Shown one piece after another: positions 1 to 9,714 of a stretch of 53,653 nt of DNA. The position numbers and the translations under genes were made by a program. Origin of the DNA: a virus (lineage: Duplodnaviria > Caudoviricetes). Location of the stretch: the IMG/VR virus record IMGVR_UViG_3300037160_000193, positions 1 to 53,653 of that record, one strand, 5' to 3'. Under the pieces are notes generated by a model that was given only the letters and a program-made list of their open reading frames with translations, was not told where the DNA came from and searched no databases. Within the stretch, counting starts at the first letter, position 1, and each line of letters starts with the position of its first letter.

Positions 1-564
1 CGCCACGTGGTTGCTGGCGTTCAGGGCCATCCCGAGGTCGCCCGAGTTGTCGGCCTTGCGCCATTTCACCGCACCGACGTTGGGCAGGCGCACCAGGCCC
101 GTGGCGGCTTTGTTTCCCGTCCCGAACTCCGCGCCGTCCTGGAACGTCTTCAGGCCGGTGATGGTGACGGCGCCGTTCTTCAGGACGTAGTTGCGCGCCG
201 CCGCCGTGCCGAGCTCGTTCTCGATGGCCAGCACCGCCGACTGGAGGGCGGTGATGAAGCCGGAAACCATGTTGGCCTTCACCGGGACGCCGGTGAGATG
301 GCTGGCGGCAACCGTCCCGAACGCCCCGCGCTGGCAACCGGTGAACTGCGTGCCGGTCTTGGCCGTGTAAACGATCAACTCGTCGTCGATGGAAAGGATG
401 CCGAACGTGGCGGCAAACCCTCCCATGGTCGAAGGGACGTTGATGGTGGAGTCGCCCGCGCCGATGGCTCCGTTGGCGGTTGTTTCGAGGGGCTTGGTCG
501 AGAACGCGTCGACGGGCGAATACAGCGTGGGTGCCGCGTCAATGGCGGTCGGAAAGTTAGACAT
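1..564 (-). CDS. Phage tail/tail-fibre-associated protein, partial (runs off left edge)
   Basis: Read manually (not in the ORF track): ATG at 564 overlaps the end of the upstream tail gene and gives MSNFPTAIDAAPTLYSPVDAFSTKPLETTANGAIGAGDSTINV...CQRGAFGTVAASH, open to base 1. The RG-x-x-GT-x-AA-x-H motif also occurs in the neighbouring tail protein. Confidence 0.75.
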   Translation of the reverse strand, partial: MSNFPTAIDAAPTLYSPVDAFSTKPLETTANGAIGAGDSTINVPSTMGGFAATFGILSIDDELIVYTAKTGTQFTGCQRGAFGTVAASHLTGVPVKANMVSGFITALQSAVLAIENELGTAAARNYVLKNGAVTITGLKTFQDGAEFGTGNKAATGLVRLPNVGAVKWRKADNSGDLGMALNASNHVA

Positions 565-3500
565 TCAGTTTTCTCCGGTTCGCTTCAAAGCGATTTAGCG
601 CGCCGCCCGCCACGATCCCGACTGGCTCCGCAATCACCGATTCGACAGCGCGCGTGGCGTTGGGCTTGAAGTACTGCGCGCCGATCACCTGCATCTGGCC
701 GGCGATTTCCAGGGGAACCGGGCGGGAGTTCAGGCAAAACTGATCGAAGGCCCAGTAGCAGAAGGAGTAGAGCTTCAGCGGGAGCCACATCCCGTATGCC
801 TGCGCCATGGGCGGGTCCGGTGGGCCGTATAGCCCGGCCAGGAACATGCATTCCGAAGCGGGCCTGCCGAGCGCGGTGCTCGCGAACGTGATGGCCTGCT
901 TCATCAGGCCGGACTTCTTCTGCCAGACGTCGTAGTCGAAGCCCTCGCACCGGAAATACTTGATCCCGTAGGAGGAGTTCTTCCATTGGTTTGGCAGGTT
1001 CACATAGAAGTTGAGCGCGCGGAACTTCGCGCTGGGCTTGGGCGCACCCTGGTTCGCATCGAGGGGCCACAGGCATTCGAACACGGCGGTCGGATGGTAC
1101 CCCCGGACATAGGTGATCACGTCCTGGCAGTAGGCCCAGATGCGGTCGCGCAGAAAGTCGGCGGTTTCGTTCTGGTGAGCCGGGTCGCCAGCCGGATCAT
1201 CGGTGTTCGCCCGGAACGGCCAGATCTGGCGGCCCTTGGCCGCGGCGAAGTCGCTGATGGTGTCCTGGTCGTAGTAGGGCATCCCGCCGTGCGCGTCCTG
1301 CTGCTGATTATCGAAGTACCACCACTGCGTCTCCCCGAACTGGAGCACCACCGGCAGACCCGCCGCTTCGATCTGGTCGGCACACTCCTTGTACATCTGG
1401 CGTAGGTACGTCCGGACCCGGGTGCCGAAGTGCATCTGGTGGGACGGGACGCCGAGGTCCACGTCTGTGCCTGGCGCTACCACGCCACCGGCGTACGACA
1501 GGTACTTGGCGCGCATCGCGGCCGGAGGTAGATAACACTCCATCGAGAACGCGAACGAAGCCTTGATGCCCGCCGCCTGGAACTGGCCGGCGAGGTCGCG
1601 AATCCACTTCCGCGCGCCCTCGGTCATCACTGGCGAAACAGCGTCGATCATTTCCCAATCGCCGTCGGCGCCAACCGTGCCGAGGTGGTCCGTGAGCGTG
1701 AGCGTCACGGAGTTCGGCGCGCTCACCGCGACCCCGGTGTACGTCCATGAAGGCGCTTTCGATTGGATGCGGAGCGTGGTGCTCGATCCGAAGTTATCGT
1801 CGGCCCACACACCGGAGAACAGCCCGTTGATGATTGCGCGCATGTCGGAGACGATCCCCTGCAACGTCTCGCCGTAACCGATGGCGTGGCTCACAGTGTT
1901 GCCGCCAATCGAGAACGAGACCACGTCGCCAGCGGCGGGCGTGCCGGAGAAGACTACCGTGGCGTACGGGTAGGTGGCGTTGATGCGCCGCCGCTTGTTG
2001 TTCCAGAAGACGCCCATGTACACGTCGGCGTGGCCCTTGAAGCCGAGCTTCTGGAGTTGCCAGAGATGCCATGCCGGAGGCTTCTTGTAGCCGTGGTCGG
2101 TGTCGAAGTCCATCGCGAGGGACACGTCAGAATAGACCTTTGGCGCGTCCGGTACGTCCTGGGCTTCGAGAGGCCAGAAGTAATCGAAATAGAAGTAGTA
2201 CCCGCTGCTCGCCGCGTTCCTGGTGAACGTGGCGGTGATTTCCACCGTGTGGGTTCCGGCTCCGACCGCGCCGCGCACCTTCAAATTGGCCGTCGTCCCT
2301 CCGTATTCGCTCAGGTACAGATCATGCGTGGTTGCCACGCCATCGACGGAGACTGTGACCTTGCCGCAATCGGTGTTGAGGAAGGTCCCAAGGTAAAGAT
2401 CGTGCTGGCGCGGGTAGGAGTACCGGAGCGTGACCTTCCGAACGTCCTGCGCGTTCGACGGCGCGGTGCGCTTGGCGTGCCCTTTGCTCCACCACTGCGA
2501 CGGAAAGGCACCGCCATAGGAGTAGTTCTCCCAAAAACCCGTGTAGTTGCATCGCGCGTCCGCTTCCTCAATCCGATCCGACCCGCCACCCACCTTCAGG
2601 CTTCCATTGCCGGTGATCGCGATGTTGGAGATCGTGCATCCCCACTCGACGTTGCCGGGGAAGCCGGAGACGGGCGATAGCTTCTGGAGGCGCGCGCCCG
2701 CCGGCCACGCGCCGGGAGTCGATGCTTCGAAACCGCGCGCCACCGTGATCTGCGTTGCCGAAACCACTGACAGCAGTTGGATGCGCTCCTCCAGATTTGG
2801 AGTGCCGATGAAGTACCGGCCACCGGTGAGCTTCGAGGTGTCGTCCACCGTCCAGGTGGCATCGGAGGCCCCCACACCGGCAGCGAGGAAACACCCGTCC
2901 TGGAGGTCCTGCTCGACGTTCTCGAAACGTGGTGCGAAGACCATGTACATCTTCCGGCAGTCGCTCATCGGAACCACCGCGCCGTTCTTGTCCAGCAAGG
3001 TCTGCGTAAAGTCGAGCGTGATGTGGTATTTCGTGGTGTTGTCGCCGTTGGCGAACAGGATCGTGGCCCCGCTGCCCGCCGTCCACTGGAGTCCCTGCCC
3101 GCTGCTAACCGGCACGCCGGCCAGCGTGCGGCCGTGAGCGACAAAGACACGGTTCAGATTCCCGAGTTTCCCGTACCGCGGCGTCGCCCCGGTGCCCAGC
3201 ACAAAGGTCATAGTGATGCCGCCGGTGCTGGGGCCGCTGGCCCACGCCTGCGCGTGAATCACGCCGCTCTGGTCCGGACCAAATCGGCCAGCAACGGAGG
3301 CGCCAGCAGTGTTGATGATGTCCGACAGCTTCTGCGCCACGTGCCAGGCCTTCGTCTTGCGGGTCACGTAGGAGCCGCTTGGGTGGTCCATCGATGCACG
3401 CGCGTGGAGCGCTCCCGTGCCGACTCCGATTATGGTGGTCTGCTCCTCGTTTGTGCCGGATCGTTCGATCCAGATGCAGTCCGCGGTGGCGAAGCCCGCC

Positions 3501-4108
3501 GTGCTGCCGACCGGTAGGCTCACATCGCCCGCCTTCACCGTTGCGGTCAATTGAGTTTCAACCCGGCAGTCCGTGCTGGTCACCGTGTACCGCGTATCGC
3601 GAAAGTAGAGGTGGAGCCAGTCGATTCCGCCGTCCATGTTCTCGTCGCCGCCGATATCGATGAGGACCGTGGCGGCGGTCTCGCTGCCGGATGCCACGGT
3701 CGCGTGATCGAGCAGGCGCACGTCGTGGCTGTCGCCTGCGCCGGTGACGAACGTCATGGCGTCCCAGGAGACGGATGGGTACTTGGCCGCGTCGAGGCGG
3801 ATCGCGCCGTCGAGGGTCTGGTCATACTCGATGTCGAACTCCAGCTTCAGGCCAGAGAGATCGGTCTTCGGCAAGTGTTTCAGGCGAAGGTGGTTGAAGT
3901 AGTCGTAAGCGTTCCACCAACCAAGGACTGCGAAGTCCTCTGCGGCCTGAAAGATGCCGGAGATGGAGACACCCGTCTCGGTGGCGTCGTGGATCGTGGT
4001 GGTCGCGGCGCGTCCGGCGAAGCCCTGCAACTGGAAGTTGCGCCGTGGGTCGAAGATGTGTAGCGGTTCCGAAGACAAGATATTGCCGCCTTGGGTGGAA
4101 GACACCAC
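557..4108 (-). CDS. Large tail-associated protein with beta-rich domains and a probable C-terminal glycoside-hydrolase-like TIM barrel
   Basis: 1183-aa ORF in the tail operon. C-terminal part is aromatic-rich with LQFGETQWWYF. True start may be TTG at 4078 (LSSEPLHIF). Confidence 0.7.
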   Translation of the reverse strand: MVSSTQGGNILSSEPLHIFDPRRNFQLQGFAGRAATTTIHDATETGVSISGIFQAAEDFAVLGWWNAYDYFNHLRLKHLPKTDLSGLKLEFDIEYDQTLDGAIRLDAAKYPSVSWDAMTFVTGAGDSHDVRLLDHATVASGSETAATVLIDIGGDENMDGGIDWLHLYFRDTRYTVTSTDCRVETQLTATVKAGDVSLPVGSTAGFATADCIWIERSGTNEEQTTIIGVGTGALHARASMDHPSGSYVTRKTKAWHVAQKLSDIINTAGASVAGRFGPDQSGVIHAQAWASGPSTGGITMTFVLGTGATPRYGKLGNLNRVFVAHGRTLAGVPVSSGQGLQWTAGSGATILFANGDNTTKYHITLDFTQTLLDKNGAVVPMSDCRKMYMVFAPRFENVEQDLQDGCFLAAGVGASDATWTVDDTSKLTGGRYFIGTPNLEERIQLLSVVSATQITVARGFEASTPGAWPAGARLQKLSPVSGFPGNVEWGCTISNIAITGNGSLKVGGGSDRIEEADARCNYTGFWENYSYGGAFPSQWWSKGHAKRTAPSNAQDVRKVTLRYSYPRQHDLYLGTFLNTDCGKVTVSVDGVATTHDLYLSEYGGTTANLKVRGAVGAGTHTVEITATFTRNAASSGYYFYFDYFWPLEAQDVPDAPKVYSDVSLAMDFDTDHGYKKPPAWHLWQLQKLGFKGHADVYMGVFWNNKRRRINATYPYATVVFSGTPAAGDVVSFSIGGNTVSHAIGYGETLQGIVSDMRAIINGLFSGVWADDNFGSSTTLRIQSKAPSWTYTGVAVSAPNSVTLTLTDHLGTVGADGDWEMIDAVSPVMTEGARKWIRDLAGQFQAAGIKASFAFSMECYLPPAAMRAKYLSYAGGVVAPGTDVDLGVPSHQMHFGTRVRTYLRQMYKECADQIEAAGLPVVLQFGETQWWYFDNQQQDAHGGMPYYDQDTISDFAAAKGRQIWPFRANTDDPAGDPAHQNETADFLRDRIWAYCQDVITYVRGYHPTAVFECLWPLDANQGAPKPSAKFRALNFYVNLPNQWKNSSYGIKYFRCEGFDYDVWQKKSGLMKQAITFASTALGRPASECMFLAGLYGPPDPPMAQAYGMWLPLKLYSFCYWAFDQFCLNSRPVPLEIAGQMQVIGAQYFKPNATRAVESVIAEPVGIVAGGALNRFEANRRKLNV

Positions 4109-4110
4109 CC

Positions 4111-4140
4111 TTGACTGGGATGTTGGAACTGAGTTGTAAT
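4111..4140 (+). promoter_or_regulatory. Putative sigma70 promoter for the antisense HNH moron
   Basis: TTGACT (4111-4116), 18-nt spacer, TGTAAT (4135-4140), about 110 bp upstream of ATG 4253. Confidence 0.35.
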
Positions 4141-4252
4141 CGAGTTCGCCGTTGACGGGTATGAGAGCTTAAGATCCCTTCGCGGTCGCTTGAACGCGCG
4201 CCTTCGGCGAGCCGGAAGGGGTCAAGCGGTTCTTTGGTCCGGAGAGTGATGA

Positions 4253-5743
4253 ATGGCTTCCCTTAAAAGGCAGATTACAGATCCCGAGAAGCAGCAGGTC
4301 CTGGCACAACAGCGCCGAAATGGAGTGCTTTATTGCTTTGTCGATGACCACCCAATTGAGAACGAAGGAGACGTCGAGTTTCATCACATCAAGCCATTTT
4401 CCGACGACGGTCCGAGTGAGCCCGGTAACATTGGGGCTGTCTGCAAGGAACACCATCGCCGCATCCGAACCCTGTCGCTATCAGAGTTTCGTGATCAGCT
4501 TGCAATGGCTCGGTTTTTTGAGCACGCCGACCCGCGCCGGCTCGATGACCTGCTCGAATTTAAGCTGTCGTCCAGTGGCTTTGGTCGGAAGGTAACGTGT
4601 GACGGTGACCTCCACTCCCAGCTCACTCTGCACTTCACAGATCCTGAACAATCCCCTCAGATCTGCTCAGTGTTTTCCTGCCCCGCAACGGGTATGCGTT
4701 ACTTCTATTCTGTACTTCCGATCGCATACATCTGCAACGACACCGACCTTCAGCCTCGGCCGCTGGAACAGAAACGCGTCTGGGAACTGTACCGACACCT
4801 GACGGCGCATACTCAGCTTGCCCCGGCGGTTTGCCGACTCGTCGCAGGAAAAATCATGCTGTTCGACGGCCAGCACAAGTCTGCTGCGCAGATATGGGCG
4901 GGCCGAAGATCGCTCGATTGCAAGGTGTACATCGATCCCGATGTCCGACTGCTGAAGGACACCAACCTTATCGCCCACGACAAGCTGCGGCAGATGCCCT
5001 TTTTTACCAGTACGCTAATTGCCAAGTACAGCGACATCTTCAAGCAGGAGTGGGAAGAGTACTTAGAACGGCCTGGCCCCAAGAACGAAGGCGACTTCGC
5101 TGCGTTCTTGCGGGTGCGCGGCAAGACAACAGTCGAGGCCAAAAAAATGCTCCAAATGGCCATCGAGCAGGACGTAATCGAGGCCCCCGAGAATCACCTT
5201 TCAGAGTTCATCGCCGAGCGGAACCGCACCCGCAAGAACCCTCTCTCGATTAGCATTCTGGAAAAGACCTTCTTCCGGGAGTTCATCTTCTCGCCACCAA
5301 CGACGGTCGAATTTGAAGGGCCTGACGATTTCCGGGGTGAGGAGCAGAAAAACTTAGTCCGGTTGATGTCAGTGATAGCCGAGAAGCAGCTCGTGGGGCG
5401 CTGGAATCCCGAGGCTAACAATGCTGCCCACCAGAGGGCGGAACGAATCTTCGGTGCGGGGGCCATGAGGGCTTGGGTCCCCATGCTCCGCGACGTGATT
5501 GCTCAGGTGCTACAACTCTACGACGCCTCCGATCGAGAAAAGGTGCTCTTCCGTGCTATCAATGACACGCAGTGGACCCTGATCGAGGGCCGGGCCGAGA
5601 GGCTGTTCGCCCACAAGATCTGGGATGACCCCAACCCGGATGTCGTTTCTCAACTAAAGATCAACGCGGTCGAGCAGGTCCGTAATTATCTCTCAAGCCG
5701 AGGCCTGACAGTCAACTGGGTCCTGGGCGGAATTGGGGCCTGA
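4253..5743 (+). CDS. HNH endonuclease fused to a ParB/DndB-like (DGQH) domain; moron
   Basis: N-terminal C...EFHHIKPFSDDGPSEPGNIGAVCKEHH is an HNH motif. Central LQPRPL...LFDGQHKSAA resembles the QR/DGQHR motifs of the ParB-DndB-DUF262 superfamily. Opposite strand to the flanking tail genes. Confidence 0.8.
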   Translation: MASLKRQITDPEKQQVLAQQRRNGVLYCFVDDHPIENEGDVEFHHIKPFSDDGPSEPGNIGAVCKEHHRRIRTLSLSEFRDQLAMARFFEHADPRRLDDLLEFKLSSSGFGRKVTCDGDLHSQLTLHFTDPEQSPQICSVFSCPATGMRYFYSVLPIAYICNDTDLQPRPLEQKRVWELYRHLTAHTQLAPAVCRLVAGKIMLFDGQHKSAAQIWAGRRSLDCKVYIDPDVRLLKDTNLIAHDKLRQMPFFTSTLIAKYSDIFKQEWEEYLERPGPKNEGDFAAFLRVRGKTTVEAKKMLQMAIEQDVIEAPENHLSEFIAERNRTRKNPLSISILEKTFFREFIFSPPTTVEFEGPDDFRGEEQKNLVRLMSVIAEKQLVGRWNPEANNAAHQRAERIFGAGAMRAWVPMLRDVIAQVLQLYDASDREKVLFRAINDTQWTLIEGRAERLFAHKIWDDPNPDVVSQLKINAVEQVRNYLSSRGLTVNWVLGGIGA

Positions 5744-5817
5744 CACACGGCGGGAGTGGGGTTTTTGCTCCTCGGTTGCGTCCGTCCACATATCGGTGAA
5801 CCGACACTTGCAGCTTT

Positions 5818-8800
5818 TCACGTCTGGACCACCACCGTCAGATCGGAACCAGCGTTGGGCGACGCCACCGCCTTGATATCGAACGCGAGGTCGTTCCCTT
5901 CGAGGAGGACGGCGGTCGGCCAGATCGAGGGCCGTATGCTCGATCCGGCCGGATGACTCATGGTCACGATGGCGGTGAAGGTCTGGTTTACCGTCTCCAC
6001 CGAAATCACGTTTACGTGCTCCTCGTTGGCTAGACCGAACTCCAGGAAGACGAAGTCGCCTGGCACCAGGCCGCTTGTGGATGCGTCATAGGAAGTCGTG
6101 GCTACCGGGTGCGCGGTGCCGCTGCCGGTGATGTCCGCCGTGGTCACTAGCCCGTAGTCGTCGTATGGCAGTCGGCGGGTCTCCGGCTTACCGTAGCCCT
6201 GGGAGACAAGGAAGTCCCAGGTGTTCTTGAACGGCGTCCCGATGTTCTGCGCGATTCCCATCTTCTCCAGGACGTTCCACGTCGCGCCGCCATCGGTGGA
6301 GTACTTCACGACGTAGGCCGACTGGCCATCGCTGGTCCCCTGCTGGAGGTACGCATAGACGCACCGGATTGAAGCGGCGTTCTGCACCTTCAAGGGGATC
6401 GCGACGTTGTCCTGCGCCGCGAGCGAGCCGGGGATTTGGAACGTGTAGGCGCCGCCGGAGCAGGTGCGGTCGCCGGGCATGAACGGCTCGTTGTGGTGGC
6501 TCTGCGGAAAGACCGTGAAGGGCCCATACCCAAAGTGGTTCGCCACGCCGACTAGTGCCGCCACGACGCACACCGAGGGGATCGTTGCATCGACGCGCGG
6601 CGGCAGGCTGGGCGTGCGGAAGAAGCCTTTCTTGACCGCGTAGGTGAACGTCTTCATGTCGAGCTTGTAGAACTTAGTCCTGGCGAGGTGGGAGCAGATA
6701 AGCGTTCCGAAAGTCGCAAACCCCGGATCGACGCCCGGGTACGCGCGCTGCAACTGAAACGATCCGGTCGGGACCACATCGCCGGAAATGCCGGGGCCGA
6801 CAATCTGTGCGCACTCATAAGACCGGCGGCCGGCATGGTTGGCGTCCGTCGCCTCGTCGTTGAACACGATGAAATCGCCCACCTTGAATGTGCGCGAAGT
6901 GTCCGGATTGACGGTGCCGTTTACCGTGGCCGGATCGGTTGCTGCGTCCATCGCCGAGTCGATACTGGCCCACAGGTCGGTCGCCAGTTCATCGACGTAG
7001 TAGAGCCCCAGCGCGATCTCGGTCGCGCCCACCACGTTTGTGTTGCCGGAGTCGTCGGGCAGGATAACGATGTTGTTCACCGCGTACGTGCCGTAATCGG
7101 TGAGCGTGGGGACGCCGGTGACGATGCCAGGAACTCCCGTGTCTTGCAGGTTCTCGTCCGGAACTGGTGTGGCCACCACATCGGCGGGCTTCGGCCCGGC
7201 GACCAGATCGTACATGGAGTCCGTGGTCGTGCGGCCCTGAAGGTCGATGGAGTAGTCCTTGTTGAGCTTCCAGGACGACACGCGGAACTCGCCCGACCCG
7301 CCCGGCATGTCCGGATGCGTCATCGAGCAGACCATTCCCGGTTCCGTATTTAGCGCCAGGACCGTGGTGCGGAAGACCAACTGGCGTGCTGCCTTCCACT
7401 CCGCGATGCTGGTGCCGCCCAGTTCCTCGCGCAGGCGGATGCTGATGATCCGCGCCGCCTGCGACTTGGTGCAGGTGCCGGAGAGGTTGACGTTGGACTT
7501 CAGGAACAGCGGACCGGCCGCGCCGCCCAGCAGCGTGGCGCGGTCCATGTCGTAGACGGTGACCGAGTTGTTGACGAACTTGTAGTCCTGGTCCGCGAAG
7601 TTGGCGGTAAGGTGGTCGAACGAAGGCTTGAGCGGGGCCAACTGGAGCGAATTGAAAACGATGTTCCCGATGGTGAAGGCTTCGACCGTCGAGGAGTTCA
7701 CGCGAACGCCAATCTTGAGCTTGCCGAACGAGAACGTGTAATACCCCAGGCAGTTCATCAACACTTCCTGGATCCAGTCGCGTAGGGGCTTCTCCTCCTG
7801 CAACGTACCTCGGAATTTGAACTGCGTCTCGCTGCCGACGCCGACGAGCGCGGTCACCTGCTGGTCGCAGATCGCCGCCGCGTCGATGGCGGCTTGCACG
7901 TCGAAGAACGTCTCCGCGAGATTCAACTGCGCGGTGGTGGCGTTCGAGCCCAGCCGAAGCCCGCGGGCCCGCAGCAGCATGTTGATGGCGATCCAGACCG
8001 GGTTCACCAGGGGCGGACCGAAGACCGCGCTGCCGCCGGGCGAGGTCCACACCCACCCGCTCATGCCCATCTGGACGTAGGCCACCATGGCGTGATCGCC
8101 GGGCTTGGTGAGTTGCAGACCCTTGGTGTCACTGCGCCGGATAACCAAGAACGCGGTTCCGGCCGCGTAATTATCCTTGTACGTCGAGTTGCCGGAGAAC
8201 ACCTTGCGCCAGTCGCCGCCGATGGTGTTCCCGGATTGGTCCAGCGAGAACCAGTCGCCGTCGGCCGCAGGATCCGCGCCCAGAACCTGGCGGATACCGT
8301 AAGTAGGTTGGTTGGGCCACCCGTGCTGCGCCTGGCCATCGAGCGTGCTGCCGACGAAGACTGCGCCGGTGCTTCCCATAGCGACCGGATTCCCGTTCAG
8401 GTCTTCGTAGTGCGCGGCGGTGTAGGAGATGAGGGGCCCCTCGCCCACGATCCCTAGTGCCTCGTAAAAGTCGCTCTCGTCCCGGCCCGCCGCCACTTTG
8501 CAGTTCACCGGCATTTCGTTGTCGGTGTAAATCTCCGGGATGACCTGGTCGTAAATGGAATCTGAGACCAGCGACACGCTGGTGATGCTCGACCGTCCGA
8601 AGCCGAAGACGCCGGTGGAGTTGTCCTTGATGGTCACTCCCTGCGGCTCAGCGACCACCGCGCCGTAGTATCGCTTCATGCCGTGCGCCAGGCAGCCGTT
8701 GGGCGTGTCGTACCCCTTGTCGCACTTGGTCGAATCGCCGGAGGGGAAGTGCACCAAGTCCATCGCGCCCGCCGTCGAGTAGGGGCACGCGCCGATGTTG

Positions 8801-9696
8801 AACGCCTTCCAGCAGGACCGCGACACCTTCCGCGTCGGGTAGGGCAGGTTGAGCTCGTACAGGCCGTCGGCGGCGGTTACCTTGAACTCCACGCCGGAGT
8901 CGAACTGCCAGTTGACGATGTCGCCCTTCCACAGGTCGAGCTTGATCTGCTGCCCGACGTGGTAGAGCGAGAACTCGATGGTCGCGCGGAACAGGTCCAC
9001 GTCGTTCGCCAAGTCGCGCATTACGCGGTCGGCGTTGCCGAAGGTGAACGTGGCGTCATCGGCCTCGTTCCCCATACCCTGCGAGATGCCATCGAAGTCC
9101 ACCAGTCGCGGCAAGTACAACTGTGGCCCGATGGTGCAGCGCCGGTCGGAGAGATAGATGGCGGGGTAGCCACTTTGGAGAGGCTGGATCTTGATGAGCG
9201 GGATCATCTGCTGCACCTGCGACAGCAGAGCGTCCTGTAGTGCCTGTGGCGGGAAGCGGGTTACGGTCGAGGAGAGCGGGTAAGTGGGGTTCGAAGCCGG
9301 GATCTCGACCAGCGTCACGCCGAGGCTGCAGGCGTGGTCCGCGAGCATCTCCCAGGACAGAGGATCGTTGGCGAACCGGCAGGTGTACGCGGTGGTGCCG
9401 TTGCCGTCGTCATTGGGTGCGTTGTAGGTGAATGCGCCGTAGGGACCGTACTTCGACTCCCAGAAGTCGCGCAGCGCGCGCCGGTCAGCGTCACGGAGGA
9501 AGGCGCGCCGTACGGTGAAGCGTTTCGCGCCCGCGCCGAGGAGGAAGCGTTGCTCGATCTTGGCGTTGCCGCTCCCGAACTGATGGATCGCCACGTCCGG
9601 ATGGCTGGAACGCCCGAACGGGTAGTCTGCAACGATGGGGAACGTGCCGGAGACGGCGACCTCCGGGACCGTAATGTTGCCGAGAGTGTCAGGCAT
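5818..9696 (-). CDS. Phage tail tip/hub megaprotein (N-terminal DUF2460-like domain, Cys-rich gpL-like region, gpJ-like region)
   Basis: 1292 aa. Cys cluster SRSCWK...GACPY...KCDK...NGC resembles lambda gpL/GTA hub proteins. Located downstream of the tape measure and distal tail genes. Confidence 0.75.
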   Translation of the reverse strand: MPDTLGNITVPEVAVSGTFPIVADYPFGRSSHPDVAIHQFGSGNAKIEQRFLLGAGAKRFTVRRAFLRDADRRALRDFWESKYGPYGAFTYNAPNDDGNGTTAYTCRFANDPLSWEMLADHACSLGVTLVEIPASNPTYPLSSTVTRFPPQALQDALLSQVQQMIPLIKIQPLQSGYPAIYLSDRRCTIGPQLYLPRLVDFDGISQGMGNEADDATFTFGNADRVMRDLANDVDLFRATIEFSLYHVGQQIKLDLWKGDIVNWQFDSGVEFKVTAADGLYELNLPYPTRKVSRSCWKAFNIGACPYSTAGAMDLVHFPSGDSTKCDKGYDTPNGCLAHGMKRYYGAVVAEPQGVTIKDNSTGVFGFGRSSITSVSLVSDSIYDQVIPEIYTDNEMPVNCKVAAGRDESDFYEALGIVGEGPLISYTAAHYEDLNGNPVAMGSTGAVFVGSTLDGQAQHGWPNQPTYGIRQVLGADPAADGDWFSLDQSGNTIGGDWRKVFSGNSTYKDNYAAGTAFLVIRRSDTKGLQLTKPGDHAMVAYVQMGMSGWVWTSPGGSAVFGPPLVNPVWIAINMLLRARGLRLGSNATTAQLNLAETFFDVQAAIDAAAICDQQVTALVGVGSETQFKFRGTLQEEKPLRDWIQEVLMNCLGYYTFSFGKLKIGVRVNSSTVEAFTIGNIVFNSLQLAPLKPSFDHLTANFADQDYKFVNNSVTVYDMDRATLLGGAAGPLFLKSNVNLSGTCTKSQAARIISIRLREELGGTSIAEWKAARQLVFRTTVLALNTEPGMVCSMTHPDMPGGSGEFRVSSWKLNKDYSIDLQGRTTTDSMYDLVAGPKPADVVATPVPDENLQDTGVPGIVTGVPTLTDYGTYAVNNIVILPDDSGNTNVVGATEIALGLYYVDELATDLWASIDSAMDAATDPATVNGTVNPDTSRTFKVGDFIVFNDEATDANHAGRRSYECAQIVGPGISGDVVPTGSFQLQRAYPGVDPGFATFGTLICSHLARTKFYKLDMKTFTYAVKKGFFRTPSLPPRVDATIPSVCVVAALVGVANHFGYGPFTVFPQSHHNEPFMPGDRTCSGGAYTFQIPGSLAAQDNVAIPLKVQNAASIRCVYAYLQQGTSDGQSAYVVKYSTDGGATWNVLEKMGIAQNIGTPFKNTWDFLVSQGYGKPETRRLPYDDYGLVTTADITGSGTAHPVATTSYDASTSGLVPGDFVFLEFGLANEEHVNVISVETVNQTFTAIVTMSHPAGSSIRPSIWPTAVLLEGNDLAFDIKAVASPNAGSDLTVVVQT

Positions 9697-9714
9697 TGGG
9701 AAACGTCCTCGCGC

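Noticed and set aside
7-669. Plus-strand 220-aa ORF
   Set aside because: Antisense shadow of the minus-strand tail gene starting at 564.
4152-4175. TTGACG...TAAGAT promoter-like pair
   Set aside because: The spacer is only 12 nt.
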